Assembly (NCBI GenBank): GCA_977020255.1
Contig: CDROCS010003444.1
Coordinates: forward strand, 124,001 to 184,167
Reading direction: 5' to 3'
DNA length: 60,167 bases
From: Obrimoposthia wandeli
Taxonomy: Eukaryota
The position numbers and the translations under genes were made by a program. Under the pieces are notes generated by a model. The model had not been told where the DNA came from. It did not search any database and saw nothing but the letters and a program-made list of their open reading frames with translations. Position 1 is the first letter of the stretch, and every line of letters begins with the position of its first letter. Positions 21,729-31,068 of the stretch are shown here, piece by piece.

Positions 21729-22412
21729 ATGGATTTTGACATTATTAAGGAATCAATTCCTGCCATAGCCCAAGCACTTCCCGTGACATTACTGCTAGTA
21801 AGTGTGTCGTTATTTTTTGGTTTTTTTCTCGCTGTACTCGTTGCGTTGAGCCGAACTAGCCAATATTGGTTGTTAAATAAACCAGCATACTTCTTCGTAT
21901 ACCTTTTTAGATCAACACCTTTACTGATTCAAATGTTTTTGATTTATTATGGCTCTGGTCAATTCAGAGTTGAATTGGAAGCGGTAGGATTATGGCAATT
22001 TTTTAAAGATCCGTGGTTTTGTGCAATTTTATCTTTGACACTCAACACTGCTGCTTACACCAGCGAAATCATTCGCGGCGGTATCCAATCAGTTGCCATA
22101 GGATTATTAGAAGCGGGCAAAGCCTGCGGCATGAGCACCTTTCAACTATTCAAACGGGTTACCTTCCCACTTGCAATACGCCAAGCGCTTCCAGGCTATG
22201 GTAATGAAGTAATCCTTATGGTTAAATCAACTTCATTAGCAAGCACTATCACTATCATGGACATGACAGGTGTCTACAAAGAAATAGCCTCTGAACACTT
22301 TAGCCCGTTTGAACCAATTATTGTAGCAGGTTGTTTCTATTTGCTACTCAATTTTATCGTAACCCTCTTTATCGCTAAAACAGAAAAAAAGTTTGCACTT
22401 GCTTCAAACTAA
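21729..22412 (+). CDS. Polar amino-acid ABC permease (HisM/AotM-like)
   Basis: FRSTPLLIQ, AAYTSEIIRGG..GLLEAGKACGM, KSTSLASTIT. Start moved to ATG 21729. Confidence 0.93.
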   Translation: MDFDIIKESIPAIAQALPVTLLLVSVSLFFGFFLAVLVALSRTSQYWLLNKPAYFFVYLFRSTPLLIQMFLIYYGSGQFRVELEAVGLWQFFKDPWFCAILSLTLNTAAYTSEIIRGGIQSVAIGLLEAGKACGMSTFQLFKRVTFPLAIRQALPGYGNEVILMVKSTSLASTITIMDMTGVYKEIASEHFSPFEPIIVAGCFYLLLNFIVTLFIAKTEKKFALASN

Positions 22413-22454
22413 ACCTCATAGAACCACGTAAAAACCAACTATCATCACATCATT

Positions 22455-22485
22455 ATATTTCTGCCATTCGGCAGAAATATTCTTT
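22455..22485 (+). terminator. Probable terminator of the permease operon
   Basis: atatttctgcc-attc-ggcagaaatat followed by tcttt. Confidence 0.65.
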
Positions 22486-23041
22486 AAAGTAAAACACTTC
22501 AACGGTTAACCCCAAGCAAATAATCAGAATATTATTACACTCCACAAACCACTAACAGCAGGTCTGCTTGCATGACTCAACGCAATTTTCTATCAATAAG
22601 CGCTTTAGAAAAAATACCTAGAGCAATGAAATACCATCTTCAAAACTAGCTGACAAGGAATCATCCAATGCCATTATAATGGCTACCCCTCCCTCCTTAA
22701 GCTAAGGCTTTAATTCCTGACTAAACCCCCCATCTACGCATGCATTTTTATTAAAGGCCAAAGCAACAGCTCTACTAACCTCCTAAAGCCCTTTATAGCG
22801 CTGTAAGTAATAGATTTTTTATTTTTATATGCTCTCTAGCAAAATTTTAGTATATTCGACTGATACTTACGCAACTATCGACTACATTATTTCAATACTA
22901 TTGCTTTAACTTTTTAAACTTATAGAAATATCAATAGATTCGAATAATACAAAACGGCAACTTGCCTTCATGCATGTTGAGAAAATTAATTATCACCAGT
23001 TTGTAATTTTTAGGATTACTATAACTTAATTGAGATTTTAC

Positions 23042-23515
23042 ATGCAAAAAATAGCCATTTTTGTCGATGTACAAAACATTTATTACACTACTAGATCAAT
23101 TTATAAACGCCAATTTAACTACCGTAAGTTCTGGCGGCAAATAAACGCAACGGGTAACGTAGTGCATGCTGTAGCTTATGCCACTGATAGAGGTGATAAC
23201 GGTCAAGCAAAGTTTCAATCAGCATTGAAGCATATAGGCTTCGAAGTTAAACTTAAACCTTATATACAAAGAGCAGACGGAAGTGCTAAAGGGGATTGGG
23301 ATGTAGGCATTACAATAGATATAATGAGCATTGCACCTAAAGTAGATCAAGTCATATTATTATCTGGGGATGGTGATTTTTCGATTTTATTAGATAAGAT
23401 CAAAGAACTATATAACACTCAAACTCAAGTATACGCAGTCACTAAATTAACAGCTAAAGGGCTAATAGATTCTTGCCAAACCTTTCATGAGATCACTATG
23501 GCTGACTTATTATAG
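23042..23515 (+). CDS. NYN (LabA/DUF88) domain protein, PIN-like fold
   Basis: IAIFVDVQN, KGDWDVGITID, LLSGDGDF, with the acidic tetrad retained. Confidence 0.9.
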   Translation: MQKIAIFVDVQNIYYTTRSIYKRQFNYRKFWRQINATGNVVHAVAYATDRGDNGQAKFQSALKHIGFEVKLKPYIQRADGSAKGDWDVGITIDIMSIAPKVDQVILLSGDGDFSILLDKIKELYNTQTQVYAVTKLTAKGLIDSCQTFHEITMADLL

Positions 23516-23524
23516 CTTAGACAT

Positions 23525-23561
23525 AAAAAAGGGCGTATTCCAAAGAAAACACCCTTTTTTT
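23525..23561. terminator. Bidirectional terminator between the NYN and csp genes
   Basis: aaaaaagggcgt...acaccc-ttttttt between convergent stops. Confidence 0.7.
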
Positions 23562-23592
23562 CTGCTCAATAAAGAGCACTTAGTTGGCTATA

Positions 23593-23799
23593 TTAAAGCG
23601 CAACGATGTTCTCAGCTTGTGGACCTTTTTGTCCTTGTGAAACTGTGAACTGAACCTTTTGGCCTTCAGCTAGAGTTTTGAATCCGTCACCAGCGATAGC
23701 GCTGAAGTGAGCGAAAACGTCTGGACCTGATTCTTGTTCGATGAAACCAAAACCTTTAGTTTCATTAAACCATTTTACAGTACCAGTTGTAGTAGACAT
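23593..23799 (-). CDS. cspA: Cold-shock protein (CspA family), 68 aa
   Basis: [15 protein letters not shown] (RNP1), DVFAHFSAI (RNP2), GPQAENI. Start moved to ATG 23799. Paralog name is nominal. Confidence 0.97.
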   Translation of the reverse strand: MSTTTGTVKWFNETKGFGFIEQESGPDVFAHFSAIAGDGFKTLAEGQKVQFTVSQGQKGPQAENIVAL

Positions 23800-23958
23800 A
23801 AGAAAATCCTTTAAATTCAAGAGTAAGTTATACCTTAACAAAATATTAAGGCTATTGGCCGGAAATGTTGCGATTACTTATGAATATCATGACGAGGCAT
23901 GAACAAACAGGACATCGTGATGGCACATAAATATGGAACTTATTTTCTAGCTAAGTGA

Positions 23959-23986
23959 ATTATATACACCTTTTCCCTGTGGTCAA
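23959..23986 (-). promoter_or_regulatory. Sigma70-type promoter of the csp gene
   Basis: TTGACC-N16-TATAAT on the minus strand, implying a leader of about 150 nt. Confidence 0.7.
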
Positions 23987-24416
23987 TATTGAAAAGTTGA
24001 TTTTAAACAAAAAAGTGTAAATATAGCTGAAAAATCAATTTTTTAAGTCACATTATAAGTAGATAAACCAGCGCAAAACAACCTAGATATTAATACTGCA
24101 TTAATCGATATAGCGAACTCCTGTACTTTAACTATGTGACATAAACACATCACAATCGTTTTTCCCTTGAATTAAATGTAAGATAGAGCTGTTACCTTTA
24201 ATACCGATCCACCTCAGCGACTTTAATATTGTTCAAACTGATTAACCAGATGATTTAATAGTAATTATCAGTTAATTTTGTAGTTAAAGTAAAAATTATT
24301 ACTTATTATTTTCATAGGAGTACTTTTTTACCGGTGGTATTATTTAACCATGCATAATATAGAGAAGAGCCAGCTAAGATGGAACATTCCCAGTGGATAG
24401 GTTTAGGAGCTTATAA

Positions 24417-25979
24417 ATGTATGACTTTTTGATTGATGACGTTGAGATTGATCAATCCTTGGAAACTAGCGCCACAGAGATAACTCCGTGGAATATTTTG
24501 ATTGTCGATGATGAGCAATCTGTACATGATGTAACTCGTTTTGCTTTAGACGATGTCATTTTTGAAGGGAAGAAACTCCATTTTATATCAGCTCTATCCG
24601 GAAGAGATGCTAAAAGCATATTAACATCCAGAGCCGACATCGCTATCATTCTCCTTGATGTTGTTATGGAAACTGACACTGAAGGGTTAAAAATCACCAA
24701 ATGGATAAGAGATGAATTAAAAAATCCACTTATTCGCATTATTCTTCGCACTGGGCAGCCTGGGCAGGCTCCTGAAAAACAAGTCATTGTCGATTATGAT
24801 ATTAACGATTATAAAAACAAAACTGAGTTAACTTCACAAAAATTATTTTCAAGTGTAATTTCCGGCATTAGGTCTTATCGAGACCTATCTGCACTTAATC
24901 AGAACCGGGTTGAGCTTAAAAGAGTAATAAAAGCATCTTCCTACATTTTCAAAGAGCGCTATCTACAGGAATTCACCAACGGAGTCTTAAATCAGCTTAC
25001 CACTTTGCTCTACTTGGAACCTAGCTCAGTTATGGTTAACGCTACAGGCATTGCAGTACTTGAAACAAGCCAAGAAGTTAAAGTGGTGGCTGCCATTGGG
25101 CAGCACCAACACTTAATTGGTCAAAACCCTAACAAAATTGTTCCAAAACCAATACTTGATGATTGGCTAAATACAACAAAATCGACCTACAGCATAATCA
25201 AACAGAATGAAGTTATCGTATCTTTCACTACAGATGATAATCACAAAAGCTTAGTTTATCTTCATTCTCTCGAGCAATTCACTGAAGATACTAAAAATTT
25301 AATCGAACTATTTGTACAAAATATAACAATCGCGCATGAGAATCTGCGTTTATGGCAGGAAGTTGAAAAAACTCAAAATGAAATTATCTCAATGCTCAGT
25401 GGCGCTGTAGAAACAAGATCTCAAGAGACAGGTAACCATATTATTCGCGTTTCTAAAATAAGCGAATTACTAGCACGTAAAACCGGCCTTCAAGACGATG
25501 AAGTCTACACTATCAAACTAGCTTCGCCATTGCATGATATTGGCAAGGTAGGAATACCTGATCATATTTTAAACAAGCCTGGCAAGCACACTCCCGATGA
25601 ATGGGAAATAATGAAAACTCACTCTTTCTTAGGGGCACAAGTACTTAGCAACTCAAAACGACCTATTATTCGAAGTGGTGCTATTATTGCTCTACAGCAC
25701 CATGAAAAATGGGATGGGTCTGGTTATCCCAATGGACTGAGCGGTGAAGATATTCATATTTTTGCGCGCATAACGGCTGTAGCTGACGTTTTTGATGCAC
25801 TTTGCTCTAAGCGTTGTTATAAAAACGCATGGACTGTCGAGAAAACGATGCAATTTATTCGCGAACAGTCAGGCAGCCATTTCGACCCCGCTTTGGTATT
25901 ATTATTAAATGAGAACTTAGATCAAGTTTTACAAATTCAAAAGATGCACGCAGATCCCAATAATCATATTAATACTTAA
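24417..25979 (+). CDS. Response regulator REC-DUF3369-HD-GYP (putative c-di-GMP phosphodiesterase)
   Basis: ILIVDDE, LLDVVME, RTGQPGQAPE; then ETGNH, LHDIGKVGIPD, HHEKWDGSGYP, VADVFDAL. Confidence 0.92.
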   Translation: MYDFLIDDVEIDQSLETSATEITPWNILIVDDEQSVHDVTRFALDDVIFEGKKLHFISALSGRDAKSILTSRADIAIILLDVVMETDTEGLKITKWIRDELKNPLIRIILRTGQPGQAPEKQVIVDYDINDYKNKTELTSQKLFSSVISGIRSYRDLSALNQNRVELKRVIKASSYIFKERYLQEFTNGVLNQLTTLLYLEPSSVMVNATGIAVLETSQEVKVVAAIGQHQHLIGQNPNKIVPKPILDDWLNTTKSTYSIIKQNEVIVSFTTDDNHKSLVYLHSLEQFTEDTKNLIELFVQNITIAHENLRLWQEVEKTQNEIISMLSGAVETRSQETGNHIIRVSKISELLARKTGLQDDEVYTIKLASPLHDIGKVGIPDHILNKPGKHTPDEWEIMKTHSFLGAQVLSNSKRPIIRSGAIIALQHHEKWDGSGYPNGLSGEDIHIFARITAVADVFDALCSKRCYKNAWTVEKTMQFIREQSGSHFDPALVLLLNENLDQVLQIQKMHADPNNHINT

Positions 25980-26138
25980 TTCAAGCCAACTTTTACCCTT
26001 TGTTACACCTCAGGTATCAAGAAGCTTTCCAATACTAGATTAGATAAAACTAACCACAGCTCTCTATTTAAAACAGCCTTAAACTATTGATATTTAAGTT
26101 AGAGATTCTGTTTAATTATTTTGTTATATTTGCAGTAA

Positions 26139-26984
26139 TCATTCATTTAAAAATGAAATTCCTTCTTTGCCTATTTCAATTTTTCCCATTTTCTTTAGAG
26201 TCCCTAAAGCCATCTTATAAGACTTTTTACTGATACCGAACTGCTGATAAATATCTTCCGGCTTGCTTTTATCTCCAAGCTTACTGAAACCGCCTCGATC
26301 TTCTAAGTCATCTAGGATATCTTGGCAAAGCGAATCAACCTTTGCATAACCTGGTTTTTCCAGCATTACATCAATTTTGTCATGATCCAGTACTCGCTTG
26401 ATGTAACCTTTGCGTTTATGACCTGGCCGAACCGTTTTAAAAACGTCTTTTGCGTGCAACACTGCCCAATATAAATCATTGACAATGACACTAAAACCCA
26501 ACTCATTCTTTCTAACAACAAATAATTGAACCTCATCGCCCATTTGCAGATCGGCAGTATCATTCTTAAGAAATTTATCCAGTTTTGTAGAAGCTGCTAT
26601 CCTATCAGTGTTGTCCAAATATACTCGAACAGTAATTCTCTGACCTGGCTCTAACGTCTTGCGCTGCTCCGCGTAAGGCACCAATAGCTGTTTAGGAAGC
26701 CCCCAGTCCAAGAAAGCGCCGACATCATTCACTTCTGCAACCGTCAATGTCGCAAATTCATTTACTTGCACTAAAGGTTTGATAGTCGTTGCCACGACAT
26801 AATCATCAGAATCTAAATAAACAAAAACTTCGATTACGTCTCCTTTCTTGCAACCTTGAGGCACTTCGTCTTTAGCTAGCAAAATACCACCGTATTTCCC
26901 TCCCTCAAGATAAACCCCAAATTCAGCTTCACGGATAACTTCTAACTTGTTTGTTTTACCTATTACTATCACTTTTTTTCTCAA
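26139..26984 (-). CDS. cvfB: S1 RNA-binding protein, CvfB/YitL family
   Basis: IGKTNKLEV..FGVYL, VGAFLDWGLPKQLLVP, C-terminal SKPEDIYQQFGISKKSYKMALG.L. Confidence 0.9.
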   Translation of the reverse strand: MRKKVIVIGKTNKLEVIREAEFGVYLEGGKYGGILLAKDEVPQGCKKGDVIEVFVYLDSDDYVVATTIKPLVQVNEFATLTVAEVNDVGAFLDWGLPKQLLVPYAEQRKTLEPGQRITVRVYLDNTDRIAASTKLDKFLKNDTADLQMGDEVQLFVVRKNELGFSVIVNDLYWAVLHAKDVFKTVRPGHKRKGYIKRVLDHDKIDVMLEKPGYAKVDSLCQDILDDLEDRGGFSKLGDKSKPEDIYQQFGISKKSYKMALGTLKKMGKIEIGKEGISFLNE

Positions 26985-27103
26985 TTGAGTGCAAGAAGAC
27001 TATTTAGTTTATTAATAACAGCTTCAATTAATGGTTATAAATTCAAAACGATTATACTCTTTATACATTATACAAGCATATTAGTTTTGTATAATAAATT
27101 AGA

Positions 27104-27811
27104 CTAAGCTGCTCCCCAAATTGACGCAATAGCACCAATTAGACCACCAAAAACTCCACCCCAAACTACCAACCAACCCAAATGCTCTCTAATCATTTTT
27201 TTAATAATGTCTTTGACTAAAGATGGTGTTAGCTCAGCCAAACGCTGCTCCAAAATGCTTTCAACTTTATTTATTATCGGCCCGACATTTGCCCCGTGTC
27301 CCAGCTCATTAAATAATAGCTCTTTAAAATCATCTGTTTGGCTAGTTTCTATTATTGATTGTTTTATTCTAATAACAAACGGCTCTCTCATAGGCTCAAT
27401 TGCAGCTACTCCTCCCACCATTTCTAACATAGGCCCGAAAGAAGACTCCTGAATCACTTCAATTAAGCTCTCAAATGTTGGCGTAAAATCTACCTGTTGA
27501 ATCACAGCCTCTAAATCAACTTCTAGCCCTTGCGCTTCGCTTTGAAAAAATTTCTCGATGTTTTTCGCATTAAAAAACTGCTCCATAATCATCGCCTTGA
27601 TACCCAATTTAAATTCTTCAAAGCGTGCCGGAATCACTCCTGACCCATATAAACCGGGTACTTTTTCAAACAGCATATGAATAGCCAACCAGTTCGTAAC
27701 AGCACCGGCAAGAGAAAACAGACCTATGGAATATAAAATATCGATATGTAGCCCTATACCAAATAACACCGTGGCTAAGGCCAAAACATTAGTACATAAA
27801 CTCTTATTCAT
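27104..27811 (-). CDS. DUF445 family membrane protein
   Basis: GAVTNWLAIHMLFEKVP..YGSGVIP, C-terminal HLGWLVVWGGVFGGLIG. Confidence 0.88.
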   Translation of the reverse strand: MNKSLCTNVLALATVLFGIGLHIDILYSIGLFSLAGAVTNWLAIHMLFEKVPGLYGSGVIPARFEEFKLGIKAMIMEQFFNAKNIEKFFQSEAQGLEVDLEAVIQQVDFTPTFESLIEVIQESSFGPMLEMVGGVAAIEPMREPFVIRIKQSIIETSQTDDFKELLFNELGHGANVGPIINKVESILEQRLAELTPSLVKDIIKKMIREHLGWLVVWGGVFGGLIGAIASIWGAA

Positions 27812-28042
27812 TAAAATTCCAATAAAATTGATCTACATTGATGATCTCAAAGAGATAAAGATAATAATTTTTTTAAAATTACTTGCCTCAATTTAATTAT
27901 CTTATATAGCTTGGACTCCAATTATCAAACCCGACAACGGAAGAGATTAAAGAGAAAAATCAAATAATTAAAGTGCCTAAAACGGCATGACAAGAAACGT
28001 TACGATAGCTTTTAATCAAATTGCTTATACAGAAAGGTTGAT

Positions 28043-29161
28043 TCAATCAGCTAAGACCTTCTTTGTTACTTTTTGACTGATTTGGCGCTTGAGGATTAGC
28101 CCGTGCTTTTTAGCGAGTAACATTGCCACCTTGGTTACACCCGTAAAATATTGATCACCTTGATTTGCATGATCCTCAACTGTTTTACTTAGCAAAGATA
28201 TCATTTCGTTGAGAGTGTCTTCTGTATCTTGCCAAAAACGCATTCTTTCTTGGGCTATAGCGACGCTTTGTACAAATAAATTTATAAGACTCATATCGTC
28301 TTGAGAAAATGACTTCCGATACTCTAAAAACAATAAGGTTTTATGATTATCACGAGACCGATAAGAGAACAGAATTTTATTATCAACTTGCTGATGATAT
28401 ACGACTAGATCACTGTCTAAACAATTTCGCATTGTTTCTTCAGATAACACTCTCCCAACACTTTCACCGAGATACTTCTCATATCCACCAACTGCTGCGA
28501 TAATCTTGGTCGTTTTAATGTCAAAATTGATATTTGTATCAATATCCACCAATGCAGCATCTGCTGAGAAATACAAAAGAGAGGTTAATTGAAGGAGAAC
28601 TCCAGAAGTATATTCGCTAACATACTGCTTTTTGAATATATTGGCGGTGGCCTCAATGACCTGCTTCAGACCTTTGCTATGATTCGATAAAGCTAATACA
28701 TCGCGATAGGATCTTAACCCTGAAATAACACAAGAAAATAACTTCTGCGCGGTCAGCTCTGTTTTATTTTTATAATCAAAAATATCATAATCTAAGATGA
28801 CAGTGTTTTCCGGCGCTTGGCCTGGCTGCCCCGTACGAAGCACGATCCGAATCAATTTATTTGCTAGAGTTTCTCTAATCCAAGCTGCCACCTCCAAACC
28901 TGATGATTCTGTTTCCATCACTACGTCTAGAAGCACCAGAGCTATATCTTCTCTAGAGCGCAAAACATCCATAGCTTCTCTAGCGCTAAAAGCAGATAAA
29001 AAAGTTAATTTCTTACCGTCAAAGTACTCGTTCTCCAAAGCAAATTTGGTGATTGTATGTATAGCAGGCTCATCGTCAACAATCAAAATAACCCAACGGT
29101 TATACGCATCAGCATCGTTGCCTGCTGTTGTTATACTATCTTCAATTAAAAAGTCATACAT
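28043..29161 (-). CDS. REC-DUF3369 response regulator lacking the HD-GYP catalytic domain
   Basis: Collinear with 24417..25979 (MYDFLI, ILIVDDE, LDVVME, RTGQPGQAPE, YKNKTELT) but ends just after the first HD-domain helix. No HDIGK or GYP seen downstream. Confidence 0.85.
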   Translation of the reverse strand: MYDFLIEDSITTAGNDADAYNRWVILIVDDEPAIHTITKFALENEYFDGKKLTFLSAFSAREAMDVLRSREDIALVLLDVVMETESSGLEVAAWIRETLANKLIRIVLRTGQPGQAPENTVILDYDIFDYKNKTELTAQKLFSCVISGLRSYRDVLALSNHSKGLKQVIEATANIFKKQYVSEYTSGVLLQLTSLLYFSADAALVDIDTNINFDIKTTKIIAAVGGYEKYLGESVGRVLSEETMRNCLDSDLVVYHQQVDNKILFSYRSRDNHKTLLFLEYRKSFSQDDMSLINLFVQSVAIAQERMRFWQDTEDTLNEMISLLSKTVEDHANQGDQYFTGVTKVAMLLAKKHGLILKRQISQKVTKKVLAD

Positions 29162-29280
29162 AACAGTACTCTTTGAACTGACATTTAGCTAAACCGTCCA
29201 CTAAGGGTATAATTTCCCAAACGCTTTATCAAAGCACAACCATGACTAAACAGTAGCACCATTTAAAACTCTCTAATTGG

Positions 29281-30348
29281 TTATAAAACTTCAAGCTCAT
29301 CGCTTGGCCTCGGCCAAGCATTTATAATAGCTTTCACTAAAGTCGCCAAAGGTATTGCAAAAAACACTCCCCAAAACCCCCATAGCGTTCCAAAAACTAA
29401 GACGGCAATGATTATTGAAATAGGGTGTAAATTTACAGCTTCTGAAAATAATAAAGGCACTAGTACATTCCCATCTAATGCTTGAATAATACCATAGACC
29501 AATAAAAAGTATAAAAACTCGTTACCCCAACCGAATTGGAAAAAACCAATAACAGCAACAGGTACGGTGACTAAAGCTGCACCGATATACGGAATTAATA
29601 CAGAAAGTCCCACCATAATGGCTAATAAAGCAGCATAATCTAAATCGAAGAAAATAAAACCAAGATAAGTCACAAAGCCAACGATAATTATCTCGACAGC
29701 TTTACCTCTGATGTAGTTTGCGATTTGAACATCCATTTCATGCCAAACTTGAGTCATCATAACTCTTTTATGTGGCAACACCGACATCCAAGATCTGGCT
29801 AAATGCCGACCGTCCTTCAAAAAGAAGAACACTAATATCGGTACTAATACAAAATAAACGAGCAAAGTTACGATAGCCCCTAATGAGTTAAATGAATAAG
29901 CTAACATCCACTGACCAAAGCTTCCCAACTCACTTGCTGCCACTGATATTACTTGCCTAATTTGGTTCTCTGTCACTATCTCAGGATAATGTTCAGGCAA
30001 TACGAGTAAACCCGCTTGAATCTGTTGAAATATATAAGGCAAATCATTAAATAGCCTAGCCAATTGTTTCCAGGCTAGCGGGATTACAATAAGAATCAAA
30101 GCGAGTAAAGCACTAAAAAATACTGCGAATACGATACTCACAGAAAACATATGAGATATTTTTTTGTCCTCCAACCAACTAACAGACCCTTGCATTAAAA
30201 AAGCTAAAATCAAGCCCGCAAACACTGGTGCTAGAGGGGCTCCCAATGTCAGAATAATAACCAGCGAGGCAGTTATCAGAATAAAAAGGAATAACGCTTC
30301 TTCGTTTGAAAAATACCGCTCTATCCACTTTGAAAAAACTCTTTTCAT
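29281..30348 (-). CDS. AI-2E family transporter (PerM-like)
   Basis: LVPILVFFFLKD, IANYIRGK, VLIPYIGA, IQALDGNVLVP.LFSEAVNLHP. Start moved to ATG 30348. Confidence 0.92.
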   Translation of the reverse strand: MKRVFSKWIERYFSNEEALFLFILITASLVIILTLGAPLAPVFAGLILAFLMQGSVSWLEDKKISHMFSVSIVFAVFFSALLALILIVIPLAWKQLARLFNDLPYIFQQIQAGLLVLPEHYPEIVTENQIRQVISVAASELGSFGQWMLAYSFNSLGAIVTLLVYFVLVPILVFFFLKDGRHLARSWMSVLPHKRVMMTQVWHEMDVQIANYIRGKAVEIIIVGFVTYLGFIFFDLDYAALLAIMVGLSVLIPYIGAALVTVPVAVIGFFQFGWGNEFLYFLLVYGIIQALDGNVLVPLLFSEAVNLHPISIIIAVLVFGTLWGFWGVFFAIPLATLVKAIINAWPRPSDELEVL

Positions 30349-30502
30349 TAATCTCTCTCGTAATTGCGCAACAGTTATCCCACTTTTATTAGCACACATT
30401 GTGATAATAAAAGCTAAAGAACATACAGGTAAATTTAAATGTTTTATGAATAGTAAAAAATTACGACTAGTCAAATAACGATGGGGTAATTGGAGCTTTG
30501 AT

Positions 30503-30739
30503 TTAATTCCTCAATATATAGAAATAATACTTAGCCTCTCTTTCAAACATATCTAACATTTGATGTTCGCTATATTCAATAAACGCGTTGAAGTCGCGAA
30601 CTGAACCTGCATCACTAGCCACAACCTTTAACACGTTTCCTTGCGACAAATAACGTAAAGCTTGTTTAGTTTTTAGTAATGGCATAGGGCAATTAAACGC
30701 CGTGGCATCTAAACATTGATCAAAATCCAACTCAGACAT
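30503..30739 (-). CDS. tusA: Sulfurtransferase TusA/SirA family
   Basis: LDAT..NCPMPLLK (CPxP), SDAGSVRDF. Context perM-tusA-bepA as in Pseudomonas PA1005-PA1007. Confidence 0.9.
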   Translation of the reverse strand: MSELDFDQCLDATAFNCPMPLLKTKQALRYLSQGNVLKVVASDAGSVRDFNAFIEYSEHQMLDMFEREAKYYFYILRN

Positions 30740-31068
30740 AAAACCTCAAAAAAAGCCCATATTATTCTTCAAAAACCAACAAATTAAGTGCAGGAATAAT
30801 GACATGCTTAGCTTATAGTTAACAGCAATGCTGGAAAAAAAATGGAGATTAAGATAAATACCAAGAATTTATGTCTTAAAAGAACAGCGTTAGTAATGAA
30901 AATTAAATCATAGAAACTAATACTCGTAACATAGGTCTATAGAAAACAGTAATTAATAGCTTATACTATGTGTAAAGTATTACTCATATATTGAATCCAC
31001 ATACGTTTTATCGCCTATAATCTGATCTTACATCTTTCTACTTAACGAATTAAAGGAAGCTGAACACA

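Noticed and set aside
22670-22683. 14-bp palindrome gccattataatggc and purine-rich RBS-like tract on the minus strand
   Set aside because: The following ORFs are under 20 codons with no recognisable features; no supportable function.
24200-24416. c-di-GMP riboswitch upstream of the HD-GYP regulator
   Set aside because: Neither class I (GEMM) nor class II consensus elements are visible.
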